DNA of 64,000 bases from Mobula birostris. Its lineage: Eukaryota. The stretch lies in NCBI RefSeq assembly GCF_030028105.1, contig NC_092379.1, positions 91,499,006 through 91,563,005 of the forward strand, in the 5' to 3' direction. The notes under the pieces were generated by a model. The model did no database searches. It worked only from the letters and a program-made list of their open reading frames with translations, and had not been told where the DNA came from. Shown in pieces: positions 40,868-53,853 of the stretch (its first letter is position 1; each line of letters starts with the position of its first letter). The translations under genes and the position numbers were made by a program.

Positions 40868-43800
40868 CTATAGAACACAAGGCAGACAATTACAACACAA
40901 CAACACAAATTTTGTGAATGTAATTATCACTCTGAGGAAATATAATTTTAAAAAAAAAAGAATTTGAATGTGAAAAACTTTACCACATTTAAAACAGAGC
41001 ATTACTTTGTCTTGCCATGTACATAATACAACAAAAAGGTTCCACAGGCAATGAAATAATTTCAGAATTACAATAAAGCATCACAATCAGAGTGAACCAT
41101 CTGGATGATGTATAGCTTTGCAACGTAACATTTATTTTTCTACAATTTTAATGTCTTGCTTCACACCACGACAACAATGTTAATCTTATAACTGAGTGTT
41201 TCTGCATTGTACGTGATAAACACTACAATTTAAAAATGTTCGATTTGCAGCATAAATACTGACAATGACTGTGTTCCGAGTTCAAATTACCAGTATCCTG
41301 AAACTATTTGTCAAATGTTATAGATCCCCCTTACTTACGTTACCACAGATACTCCTCAGGTTTCAAACACCCAACAACATTCATATGAATGAGTGTTTGG
41401 GAGACCTGTGGAGCTGCAGGCACCTTCTGCTTTGAGGCAATTCAATTCACAGTAGCATCACTGCATCTTGCAGAAAAATCTAATGGGTTAAATTAAACGT
41501 CCTGGTTTAACTATACACCCCCACCCCACAGAATGCCTATGTTTTTACTTCAATATACTGACATATGGTTGCACTTCCGCTCTGCATGCTGTTTACGTTA
41601 CACCCTGACATAACCTGGAGAGGACCAGTACAGTTATTTGATTAAACATATTTTAAATGAGGTACTAAGGATCTCTCATGCATGCTCGGGAATATAATCA
41701 TCCTGTGCCACTATTCAAAAAGAAGCAGATGTTTCCCAATGACATTACTGGCATTACTCACTGAACTACCATGATCAAAAAGAGATGGTCTGGTTGTTAA
41801 GCCTTATTGTGCAAAAGCACTATTTTTACAACAGTAATTTTACTTCCCAGCTACTTAATTGGATGTGAATTAAATCGGTATGTTCTGAGGACATGATCAT
41901 AATTATATTTTTTTCTAACTAATAAATCATGTTTTATCGTTAAGAAAATGAAAAATAAACATGAAGATAAGAAATAGGAAGAGGAGTGGGGCATTCAACC
42001 TTTTAATCCTAGGTCTGACATTCATTAGCATCATGGCTGATCTAGTTCAAAGTAAAATTATTACATATATGTCTGCATATACTACTTGAGATTCATTTTC
42101 TTGCGAGCATTCACAGTAAATAGAAAGACAGACAAAAATCAATGAAAAACTGCACACGACAGAGATGGACAAGCAACCAATGTACAAAGGGCAACACACT
42201 GCAAATACAAAAAGAAAACAAAATAATAAATCAATAAACAATAAATATTGAGAACATGAATTGTAGAGTCCCTGAAAGTGTACATAGATTGTGGAATCTG
42301 TTCAGTGTAGGGGTGAGTGAAGTTATCCACTCTGGTTCAAAGAGCCTGACGGCTGAGGGGTATTAACTGTCCCTGAACCTGGTGGTGTGGGACTTGTGGT
42401 TCCTGTACCTGCTTCCTAATGGCAGCAGGGAGAAGAGAGTACGGCCTGGATAGTGATGAAAGATGCTGCTTTTCTGTGACAGCCGTCCTTGTGGTAATGC
42501 TCAATGTTGGGGAGGGCTTTACCTGTGAAGGACTGGGCTATATCCACTACTTTTTGTAGTTTTTACCATTCAAAGGCAATGGAGTTCTCATACTAGGCCA
42601 TGATACAACCAGTCAGTATAATGTCTTCCGTGCATCTTTTGAAGTTTGTCAAGGTTTTAGATGACATGCTGAATTTATGCAAATTTCAAAGGAAGTATAG
42701 GCACTGCTGTCCCTTCTCTGTAAGAGCAGTTACATTCTGGACCCAGGACAGATCCTCTGACATGATAATGCGGAAGGATTTAAAGTTGCTGACTCTTTCC
42801 ACCTCTGATGCACTGATGAGGGCTAGCTCATAAACCCCTGGTTTCCTCCTCCTGCAGTCAATAATCAGTTCTTTAGTTTTGCTAACATTGAGTGAGAGGT
42901 GGTTGTTGTGGCACCACTCAGCCAGATTTTCAATCTCCCTCCTATATACGAATTCGTCACCACTTGTGATTCACCCCACAACGCTGGTGTTGTCAACAGC
43001 ATTGGAGCTGTACTTAACCTCACAGTAAAAAGTATGAGGTGAGTAGATCAGGGGGCTAAGCACACAGCCTTGTGGTGCACCTGTGCTGATGGAGATTGTG
43101 GAGGAGATGTCGTTGCCAATCTGACCTGACTAGGGTCTATTGAAGATCCAATTGCACAAGAAGGTATTGAGGCCAAGGTCTTGGAGCTTATTGATTAGTA
43201 CTGAGGGAATGATGGTACTGAATGCAGAGCTGTAGTTAATGAAGAACTTGCTGCTGTATGCACCTTCACTGTCCAGATATTCCAGAGCTGAGTAGAGTCA
43301 ATGACATGACATCTGATGTTGATGCATTGTGACAGCAGGCAAATTGGAGCCGATCCAAGTCGCTCCTCAGCCAGGAGTTCATAGACTTCATCACCAACCT
43401 CTCAAAGCACTTCATCACAGTGGATGTAAGTGTTACTAGACAAGCCATTGAGGCAGGGATGTTCGTCTTGGGCACCAGTATAATTGAAGCCTGCTTGAAG
43501 CAGCTGGGTACCTCAGACTGCTGAAGTAAGAGGTTAAAGATATCAGCAAACACTTCAGCCAGTTGAATAGCACAGGTCTTCAGTACTTCCCAGGTACCCC
43601 GTCTGGGTGGGATGGTTCCTGTGGGTTCACCCCACTGAAGGATGCTCTCATGTTAGCCTCAGTGACTGAAATCACAGTGTTGTCAGGGGCTGTGGGAGTT
43701 TGTGAAGATGCTTCCATGTTTTGATGGTCAAAGTGAGTATAAAAGGCATTGAGGTTATCTGGCAGCAAAACTGTATTTTCACATATGACATAGAAGCATA

Positions 43801-44466
43801 GAAAACCTACAGCACAATACAGGCCCTTCGGCCCACAATGTTGTGCCAAATATGTCCTTACCTTAGAAATTACCTAAGGTTACCCACAGCCCTCTATTTT
43901 TCTAAGCTCCATGTACCTATCCAGGAGTCTCTTAAAAGACCCTATCGTATCCGCCTCCACGTCGCCAGCAGCCCATTCCACACACTCACCACTCCCTGTG
44001 TTGTCACGAACCCACAGGTTTCGTTTACTGTGGTCTGTTAGTTTAAGAGTGCCTAAATGAGGCGGGACTATGATGTTGTTCATTGACTGACTTGCAGCTT
44101 GTTTAACTTTGAAACAAGCACACAAACAGTCACGGAAATTTCAGCAGCTGGTCTCCCTCTCTCTACTGTGACTTCTGACCGTGACTGTCTGTGTCCTTTT
44201 AAAGTTAAACAAGCTACAAGTCAGTCAGTGAACAACATCATACTCCCGCCTCATTTAGGCGCTCTTAAAGTAACAGTCCACAGTAAATGAAACCTGTGGG
44301 TTCGTAACACTTCCCCCACAAAAAGGAAAATTTTGATCTGCAAGAGCAAAATTTTAACTGCAAACTACACAATGTGAAACAATACATGTATGGTAATCAT
44401 AAAACATATTGCAGAAGCGTTTACAAATACCAGATTCTACTCCACTATTAAAAATACATTGCAAGC

Positions 44467-46050
44467 TTAACATCTGGAAAGACAATCTGCAATTACGTTA
44501 TCTTTGCCTTTAATGTGTGTTATCATAAGATCATATTCCTGCAAAGTCAGACTCCAATTTAACAACCTTCTGTTTTTGTCTTTCATCTTACTTAAAAACA
44601 TCAACGGATTATGATCTGTGTAAATCACAAGTGGTTTCTGAGCTGGGCAAACATAAACATCAAAATGCTGCAAAGCCAAAACAAGTGACGATAATTCTTT
44701 CTCTATGGTGGAATAATTTCTTTGATGCTCATTGAATTTCTTTGAAAAGTAAGCTACAGGATGTTCAACTCCATCACAATCATCCTTTTGTAGTAACACT
44801 GCCCCTGCAGCTTCATCACTGGCATCCACAGCTATCGAGTACGGCTTTGTCAAATCAGGTGCTTGGAGCACAGGTTGATGACATAAAATGGCTTTTAACT
44901 GATCAAATGCCTCCTGGCAAGGTTCTGTCCAAACAAACTTTTCACCCTTCTTCAGGAGGTTAGTCAAAGGAAGAGCAATGTCAGCAAAGTTCTTACAAAA
45001 CTTACAATAATATCCAACCTTTCCCAGAAACCTTCTAAGAGCCTTTTTACCAGTTGGAATGGGAACTTTAGAAATTGCCTGAACCTTTGCCTGAACAGGA
45101 GCTAACTCACCTTGACCTACCACATAACCAAGATAGGTCACAGTGGCATGGCCAAATTCACTCTTAGCTAAATTAACTGTAAGGCTGGCCTTTGAGAGCC
45201 TTTCAAACAACTCTCCCACTGCAGAGATATGAGCTTCCCATGTGTCATTCCCTGTGACTAAATCATCAATATAGGCATCTGTATGTTTTAACTCTTGAAT
45301 TACAGAATTAATCATTCTTTGAAATGTTCCTGGTGCATTTTTCATTCCAAACAGCAGAACATTGTATTCATACAGCCCAGAAGGTGTTACAAATGCAGAA
45401 ATTTCTCTACCTCTATCTGTCAGTGGAACACACCAGTATCCTTTCAACACAGCAATCTTTGTAAGAAACTTAATTTTTCCAACATTGTCTATACTATCAT
45501 CCACCCTAGGGATGGGATAAGCATCTGTTTTTTTTTTTACAGCATTCACCTTTCTATAGTCAGTGCAAAACCTACCATCTAGTTTAGGTACAAATACACA
45601 AGGTGAACTCCAATCTGAAGTTGAAGGCCTTATAATACCATTTTTTAGCATATATTCAATCTCTTGTTCAGCTAATTTACATTTTTCTATGTTCATGCGA
45701 CAGGGGTGTTGTTTAATCAGCTGGGCATTCCCAACATCCACATCATGTGATACAACTGTGGTTCGGTTTGGAACATCAGGAAATAAATTTTTAAACTTCA
45801 AAATTAATTCCTCCATTTGCTGTCGTTGCTGTGGCTGCAAATGAGCCAACTTGTTATCAATGTTTCTAGAATAGCCAAATTTGTTAATCTGACGGAGACA
45901 ATGTTTGATTAGAATAAAGACGCTCACAGATATGCCTGCTTGTTAAAATATGGTTTCATCATGTTTAAATGTACCACCTGTGTTGATTTTCGTCAATCAG
46001 ATGTTTTGACAACACAATTTACATCGTTATTTTGAGAGACCATTTCATCC
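44467..46050 (-). pseudogene. Gmr1-type Gypsy pol remnant: integrase C-terminal end, then RT and RNase H, then PPT and LTR
   Basis: 486-aa ORF with WSSP, CTDYRKVN, FGMKNAPGTFQR, YIDD, DAS, HPVAYFS, YTDH, NVIADCLSRC*. Upstream VVKTSD*RKSTQVVHLNMMKPYF resembles an integrase tail. PPT GGGGGAAG abuts TGTTACGA at 44309. Confidence 0.9.
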
Positions 46051-46793
46051 ACTCCTGTGGATTATATGAAGTGACAGTCCCACATTCATAGTGCACTGTG
46101 TGCTGATATTTAACCCAATCTTTTGAGCTTAAAAGAGTTTCAAACCATCGTAGTGACCAGCTGAAATTTTAGCAGCTGGTTGCCTTCTCTCTCTCTCTCG
46201 ACTGTGACTGTCTGTGTCCCTGCTTTAAAGTTAAACAAGCTGCAAGTCAGTCACGGTCAGAAGTAGGGAGAGAGGGAGAGAGGGACACACCAGCTGCTGA
46301 AATTTCAGCTGGTCACTGCGATGGTTTGAAACTCTTTTAAGCCTAAAAGTTTGGGTTAAATATTGGCACACGGTGCACAACGAATGTGGGTCTGTCACTT
46401 CGTATGATCCAAAGGAGTGGATTTTTCGGGATATCCTGTGCAGACCACTTATGTGTCAACCCTTGCCTGGGTATGTTGTGTGGCAGCCAGTTGAAGACAA
46501 TATCCCTGTGACAGATCACTTTCGTTTTGATATCATTTTGAAGACATCTGATCTAAACATTCTGGCTTTTATCTTTCTTATGGCTAGAAGGGTGCTTTTG
46601 TTTAAATGGAAGGATGCTGTTCAGCCTAATCACGCTCAGTGGTTACGGGATGTTATGGCATGTCTAAATTTAGAAAAGATTCATTGTTCAATTTCTGAAT
46701 CTAACCAAGATTTTCAAAATTTGTGGGGGCCGTTTTTAAATTATTTTCATAATCTTTGACTTCTTGTTCAAGTACAGAAATTGGTTAATAGTA

Positions 46794-48394
46794 CAAACCC
46801 CATTTCCAGAGAAGTTGGGATATTTTCCAAAATGCAATAAAAACAAAAATCTGTGATATGTTAATTCACGTGAACCTTTATTTAACTGACAAAAGTACAA
46901 AGGAAAGATTTTCAATAGTTTTACTGACCAACTTAATTGTATTTTGTAAACATACACAAATTTAGAATTTGATGGCTGCAACACACTCAAAAGTTGGGAC
47001 AAAGGCATGTTTACCATGGTGTTACATCACCTTTCCTTTTAATAACACTTTTTAATTGTTTTGGAACTGAGGATACTAATTGTAGTAGACTTGCAATTGG
47101 AAATTTTGTCCATTCTTGCTTGATATAAGACTTCAGCTGCTCAACAGTCCGTGGTCTCTGTTGTCTGATTCTCCTCTTCATGATGCGCCATACATTTTCA
47201 ATAGGAGATAGAGCTGGACTGGCAGCAGGCCAATCAAGCACACGCACTCTGTGTCTACAAAGCCACGCTGTTGTAGCCCGTGCAGAATGTGGTCTGGCAT
47301 TGTCCTGCTGAAATAAGCATGGACGTCCCGGGAAGAGACGTTGCCTTGATGGCAACATATGTCTCTCTAAAATCCTAATATACGCCTCAGAGTCAATGAT
47401 ACCTTCACATACATGCAACTCACCCATGCCGTGGGCACTGATGCACCCCCATACCATCATAGATGCTGGCTTTTGCACCTTTCACTGATAACAATCAGGA
47501 TGGTCATTTTCATCTTTGGCACGGAGAACTCGACGCCCCTTTTTTCCAAAAACTAGCTGAAATGTGGACTCATCTGACCACAGCACACAATTCCACAGTC
47601 TTTCGGTCCATCTGAGATGAGCTCGGGCCCAGAGAACTCGCTGGCGTTTCTGCATAGAGTTGATGTATGGCTTCCTCCTTGCGTAATACAGTTTCAAGCT
47701 GCATTTCTGGATGCAGTGACGGACTGTGTTGAGTGACAATGGTTTTCCGAAGTACTCCCGAGCCCAGGTGGCTATAATTGTCACAGTAGCATGACGGTTT
47801 CTTAGGCAGTGCTGCCTAAGGGCTCGAAGATCACACGCATTCAACAGTGGTTTCCGACCTTGCCCTTTACACACTGAGATGCCTCTGAATTCTCTGAATC
47901 TTTTCACAATATTATGTACTGTAGATGTCGAAAGACCTAAATTCTCTGCAATCTCGCATTGAGAAATGTTCCTTTTGAACTGACTAACAATACTCACACG
48001 AATTTTGGCACAAAGGTGTGAGCCATGACCCATCCTTGCTTGCAAAGACTGAGCCTTTGATGGATGCTACTTTTATACCCAGTCATGATACCTCACCTGC
48101 TACCAATTAGCCTGCTTAATGTGGAGTCTTCCAAACCAGTGTTACTTGAATATTCTGTGCACTTTTCAATCTTATTTTAACTCTGTCCCAACTTTTGTTG
48201 AGTGTGTTGCAGCCATCAAATTCTAAATTTGTGTATGTTTACAAAATACAATTAAGTTGGTCAGTAAAGCTATTGAGAATCTCTTCTTTGTACTTTTGTC
48301 AGTTAAATAAAGGTTCACGTGAATTAACATATCACAGATTTTTGTTTTTATTGCATTTTGGAAAATATCCCAACTTTTCTGGAAATGGGGTTTG
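46794..48394 (-). mobile_element. Full-length Tc1 transposon (1601 bp) with about 210-bp TIRs
   Basis: TA|CAAACCCCATTTCCAG...CTGGAAATGGGGTTTG|TG; TIRs about 46794-47001 and 48184-48394, each with AAGTTGGGA at both ends. Confidence 0.95.
47011..48033 (-). pseudogene. Tc1 DD34E transposase, 340 codons, single in-frame TGA at 47482-47484
   Basis: The two track ORFs are in the same frame; paired-like HTH, GRKP, WSDES, QQDNA-34aa-E (SPIEN). Confidence 0.93.
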
Positions 48395-51300
48395 TGTATT
48401 TCATTATCTGATAAGTTTCTTTTTTTTCCCCAAACGGCTTTGGCTTTGGTAGTGGTTGTAGATCTTTTTTTTCTTAATAGAATTGCTTATATTCTAATAT
48501 ATGAACTAATCTAATCCATATGAATATAGAGTAAGGAGCTTGTTAATGTAATTCAATATACTGTATCTGGTATTATATTTTGTCTTTTGTTTTATAATAT
48601 ATATTCTCTTGAACTCTGTATTCCTCTATATATAGAAATCAAAATCAATAAAAATATTGAAAAAGAAAGACAGATCACTTTCAGTGATAATTCGTATGTG
48701 GATTTGGAATGACATGAAGGACAAGATCTATAGCAACTGTTATCTAGTTTTACCATTGTGGAATACTTTGTAATTACCTCTTCTCTACGTTTCACCCCGG
48801 ATTACAAATATCTCTCTCCTATCATTCATTCCGTGGATGAACTGAACTTTCCTACTTTACCATCTCAAGACACTAAGCTTTGTTTCCCCAAGCTTAACTT
48901 AGTTTCGGAGCTATATTACACACATATATATATACATAACACTGTTAACATTTGTTCATCTTGGTTAAGTTATGATATTATAAGTAGATATTAATAGAGA
49001 TAGAGGTTTTAACATTAAAACCCGCCCAGTGCAAAATCTCTTGTTGTTGGTTTATTTCTAAAATGTTACAGCTCGTAATAGTGTAAAAAAAACTTACCCC
49101 TGACATCTCCTCTGTACCTACTTCTAAGCACCTTAAAACTAAGCCCTCTCATGTTAGCCATTTCAGCCCTGGGAAAAAGCCTCGACTATCCACACCATCA
49201 ATGCCTCTCATCATCTTATACACCTCTATCAGGTCACCTCTCATCCTCCGTCGCTACAAGGAGAGAAGGCCAAGTTCACTCAACCTATTCTCATAGGGCA
49301 TGCTCCCCAATACAGGCAACATCCTTGTAAATCTCCTCTGCACCCTTTCTATGGTTTCCACATCCATCCTATAATGAGGCGACCAGAACTGAGCACATAC
49401 TCCAAGTGGGGCCCGACCAGGATCCTATATAGATGTAACATTATCTCTCAGCTCCTAAACTCAATTCCACGACTGATGAAGGCCAATGCACCGTATGCTT
49501 TCTTAACCACAGAGTCAACCCGCACAGCAACTTTGAGTGTCCTATGGACTCGGACCCCAAGATCCCTCTAATCCTCCACACTGCCAAGAGTCTTACCATT
49601 AATACTATATTCTGCCACATATTTGACCTACCAAAATGAATCACTTCATACTTACCTGGGTTGAACTCCATCTGCTATTTCTCAGCCCAGTTTTGCATCC
49701 TATCGATGTCCTGGTGTAACCTCTGTCAGCCCCCCACACTATCATGTCGTTTGATTTCACTTTTTAGGAAGTGATAGCATTCAAGCCCTGCCACAACTCC
49801 TGAAGCTGAGCATCCTTCAACAATTTTTTTTGGTCTGTAATTGCCTCTTTCCCTGTGAGATGGCTTTCTGGAGGTCGAACCTGGACCTCTTGCATTTTAC
49901 TTGGTCACCAGACCTGAATACCACTTGTCTGGCCCTCAACAGGTAGCGGATCTCTTGGATCATCTAGGTCTTCTGGTTGGGAAAGACTCTGAATGATTCA
50001 ATGCCACTTTGCATTAACCCCACATCCTTTGCTTCCAGAATAAACTGAAATCTATTGATCTCTGTTTTAAATTAACTGAGTGCCTGAGTCTACTCTGACC
50101 TTTAGGGTAGTTGATCATTAGGGACATGATTATAGAGTCATAGAGCACTACAACTCAGAAGCAGACCATTCAGCCTACCTAGCCTGTACTGGCCTGGTTT
50201 TCTGCCTAGCCCCATTTATCAGCTCCCACACCATAGCACTTCATACCTCTCTCATCATCCTTTTAATGTTACAATTGAACCTGCATCTACCACTTCTGCT
50301 GGCAGCTCATTGCACACTCATATCAACCTCTGAGTGAAGTAGTTCCTCCTCAGATACCCCATATTTCACCTTTCACCGTAAACCCCTAGCTCGAGTCTCG
50401 CCCAAAATGCGTGGAAAAAGCCTGCATGAATCCATTCTTTCTATACCCATCATAATTTTATATGCCCCTACAAGATCTTCCTTCATTCTCCTGCATTCCA
50501 GGGAGCAGATTGGAGTGGATTGTAAAAATTATTAATACTTTTTATTTCCATTCACTACTCGGGGATTACACAGTGCATCTATCTACTGAGAAGCTGAAAG
50601 ATATACAAAATCACAATAATTTCTGATTTGTTCTATGTTAGCTTAGTCTGAGTTCAGCACTTGTGTTCACAATGTCAGTTACTGGGTATTAAATAGGACT
50701 ACTACATTTGGATATTTTCTGTCCAAATGTCTGTAGCCAATCCTGAATTGTGAGGAGGCCTTTATAAAGTTGAATTTCGTTTTTGCCAAGTTTTGGTGTG
50801 GTATTTCATCGATTAACAAAACAAACAAGATCTTAAAATACTTTGCTTCTTCACTCAAGAATTTTTGGTCTAAATCTTCCTTCAACATGTCATTTTCGGT
50901 ACAGGATCTTATATTTTCAGTGTTGGAGAACCTGTATATTTTGTTGATGTCAAAAGCTAGAGACCTTATGTTTCAGGAAAGGGAGAAGTTTAGAGGGATC
51001 TAGTGGAGAAAGTTTCCTCCACTGCATGCACTGCCTGAGTATTTTCACATGCTGCAGTATTTGTAGTTTTGTTAAAGGATTCCTCATATTGTACCTTAAC
51101 CTATAATGTCCGGAAAAATGTCAGCAATTAAAAGTGCAGGTAATGCGTCAAATGTATCAAAAAAAACCACCTTGGATGTAAAACTACAAGACCTGGAATG
51201 ACAATGTGTTCATTTGGAGGCCACTGACACTGAGGCAGCGAGATTCCAGTTGATAAAATAACCAGAGTGCGGCAATTTTATGGATGGAATCTTGAAAATC

Positions 51301-51469
51301 AGGGAGCTTAAAGGAGCTATTTTCTGAGCACAGTTCCTCTGTGAAGAGAGTCATGCTGTATAAAATCTCCTGTTTCAGAAGCATGATCTGTATGAGGAGG
51401 AGATGGGCAAGACAATTAACTCCGCAGCAGCCTCTTCCACAAAAGTGAATATAGGCTAAGTTCCCCAAT

Positions 51470-51932
51470 GCTGCATTGCTGTTTTTGCTACCCTGCACAC
51501 ATTATTTTTTCATTACATTAATGGAATGTAATAATTTTTACTGTTTAGTACATACAGTATGTGTGCTGAAAAAGTACAAGACAAAGACTGGTTACCAGAA
51601 GCACATAAATTCAGAATCAGGAATGATGGCGATGCCAAACAGCTACTGACTATCCACCTGGGCGGCCGCGATAGTGAGAGCTTACCTTTCTGATGGCTCA
51701 ATGTACACATTATTGTTTGATGCACAAAATGATTAAAAACATTATATAAAACTACCTTCAGAGTATTATGTACAAGCTATATATGAAATGTAAATGGAAT
51801 TTCATGTTTAGTCTTGGGTCTCACCCCTAAGCTTTCTCATTATATTGATGCAAATATTGCAAAATCCAAAAAAATTCCAAAATAAGAAATGCTTCCAGCC
51901 CCAAGCATTTTGGATCAGGGGTGCTCAACCAG
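51470..51932 (+). mobile_element. Tigger-type right-end fragment, related to 21326-22531
   Basis: Shares aagactg.ttac...gcacataaattcagagtcag with 22410-22450; ends GCTCAACCAG|TA. Confidence 0.65.
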
Positions 51933-52249
51933 TATTACTATCAACTGACAGCTAGAAGTTAATGTAGCAAAGACCATGGGTGATTCATTATTTGATATTT
52001 ACTGTCCTTCCATGGATTGGAATTGCTTGAATTAATGGCTTCCTAAAGATACAGCTAACTTTAGAACTCAGAGGAATTGCATGTTATAGGTGACATACAA
52101 GAAACTATGGAGTGCCACAGTATCTGAACGCTTTTAATTAAAGGAAGAAATTTATCATATGTGTATTATTGGGAGGAAGTGGTGCTCACAATGTTACATG
52201 CAGATTCTTGCATTGTTTGGCATTATAAATCTGATTATTCTGCTCTCAC

Positions 52250-52400
52250 CTGATGCCATTGTCAACGTGATGGACCCAGGCATTGTCTCCCAGCAATAAA
52301 GTAACCTTTGGAGTACGAAAGCCATCAGCAGATATTCTGCCTGTCTTTGCAATGCGTCTTACACCTAGCGCATTAGCAACCACCTGCCACAACTCTGGCT
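52250..52400 (-). CDS. TRMT12: TRMT12 coding exon 4 (PELWQVVANALGVRRIAKTGRISADGFRTPKVTLLLGDNAWVHHVDNGI)
   Basis: Translated by hand (not in the ORF track). ttgcag| acceptor and |gtgaga donor; 151 nt; phases match both neighbours. Confidence 0.93.
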
Positions 52401-52530
52401 CTGCAATAAACAGAACAATGATAAAACCAACAGCACATAAGAACTCACTTCAAAGATAAATAAAAATACAACTTAGTATTTTCATATTGCTTAATTAACT
52501 TAGCCACCATGATTTTCTAATATAAATATC

Positions 52531-53853
52531 ATAGAACCATAGAACACTACAGCACAGAAAACAGGCTATTCGGCCCTTCTAGTCTGTACCAAAACATTAT
52601 TCCGCTAGTCCCATTGACCTGCATCCAGTCGATAACCCTCCAGACCTCTCCCATCCATGTACCTATCCAATATATTCTTAAAACGTAAGAGTGAGCCCGC
52701 ATTTACCACATCAGATTGCAGCTTGTTCCACACTCCCACCACCCTCTGAGTGAAGAAGTTCCCCCTAAACATTTCCCCTTTCACCCTAAAGCCAGGTCCT
52801 CTCGTATTTATCTCTCCTAATCTAAGTAGAAAGAGTCTATTCACATTTACTCTGTCTATACCCCTCATAATTTTGTAAACCTCTATCAAATCTCCCCTCA
52901 TTCTTCTACACTCCAAGGAATAAAGTCCTAACCTGTTCAATCTTTCCCTGTAACTCAACTCCTGAAGACCCGACAATATCCTAGTAAATCTTCTCTGCAC
53001 TCTTTCAATCTTACTGATATCCTTCCTATAGTTAGGTGGCCAGGACTTTACACAATACTCCAAATTTGGCCTCACCAATGTCTTACACAACCTCACCATA
53101 ACATCCCAACTCCTACACTCAATACCTTAATTTATGAATGCCAGGATGCCAAAAGCCTTCTTTACAACCCTGTCTACCTGTGACACCACTTTCAGGGAAT
53201 TATGTATCTGAACTCCCAGATCCCTTTGTTCCTCCGCACTCCTCAGTGCCCTACCGTTTACTGTGTATGTCCTACCCTGATTTGTCCTTCTAAAATGCAA
53301 CACCTCACACTTGTCTGCATTAAATTCCATCTGCCACTTTCTGGCCCATTTTTCCAGTTGGTCCAGATCCTTTGCAAACTTTGAAAGCCTTCCTCGCTGT
53401 CCACAACGCCTCCAATCTTAGAGTCATCAGCAAACTTGCTGATCCAATTTATACTGAATAAGAACATAAGAAATAGGAGCAGGAGTCGGCCATCTGGCCC
53501 ATCGAGCCTGCTCCACCTTTCAAAAAGATCATGGCTGATCTGCCCATGGACTCATCCCCATAACCCTTAATTCCCCTACTATGCAAAAAATCTATCCAAC
53601 CTTGTCTTAAATGTATTTACTGAGGTAGCCTCCACTGCTTCATTGAGCAGAGAATTCCATATTCTCTATTCTCTGGGGAAAGCAGTTCCTCCTCATCTCC
53701 GTCCTAAGTCTACTCCCTCGAATTTTGAGGCTATGTCCCTTAGTTCTAGTCTCATCTACCAGTGGAAGCAATTTTCCTGCCTCTATCTTATCTATCCCTT
53801 TCATGATTTTATATGTTTCTATAAGATCTCCTCTCATTCTTCTGAACTCCAGC
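52531..53853 (-). mobile_element. Two adjacent CR1 3' fragments (52531-53452 and 53461-53853)
   Basis: SKFADDSKIGG, MEFNADKCEVLHF, LVRPNLEYC, RGDLIEVYKIM; separate tails. Confidence 0.9.

Larger units (their letters stand above)
46524..48668 (+). mobile_element. L1 3' fragment (46524-46791 plus 48397-48668) with 14-bp TSD
   Basis: ILAFIFLMARRVLLFKWK...WLRDVM..LNLEKI...WGPFLNYF; AATAAA plus A-rich tail; TSD GACAGATCACTTTC at 46510-46523 and 48669-48682. Confidence 0.88.
44002..49080 (+). mobile_element. Gypsy (Gmr1-like) LTR with 4-bp TSD, containing an inverted internal segment and nested L1/Tc1
   Basis: Starts TGTCACGA and ends TCGTAATA; TSD GTGT at 43998-44001 and 49081-49084. Confidence 0.8.
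43790..49742 (-). mobile_element. CR1 3' portion (43790-44001 plus 49081-49742) split by the LTR element
   Basis: The two halves join to match the uninterrupted copy at 58392-59270. Confidence 0.9.
42047..50030 (-). mobile_element. Rex1-like LINE (42047-43789 plus 49743-50030), outermost layer of the nest
   Basis: FADIFNLLLQQSEVPSCFKQASII.VPK...LTSTVMKCFERLV...LD.LQFA; the reading resumes beyond 49743 (LWQGLNAITS). Confidence 0.82.

Noticed and set aside
44002-44309. Independent palindromic MITE
   Set aside because: The right arm is preceded by a PPT and pol, and the TSD partner of the left end lies at 49081. It is better explained as two opposed LTR starts.
44467-45927. Domesticated RT gene or prokaryotic-style RT system
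   Set aside because: Flanked by PPT and LTR sequence; conserved RT residues are damaged and the upstream integrase remnant has a stop. It is a decaying retrotransposon.
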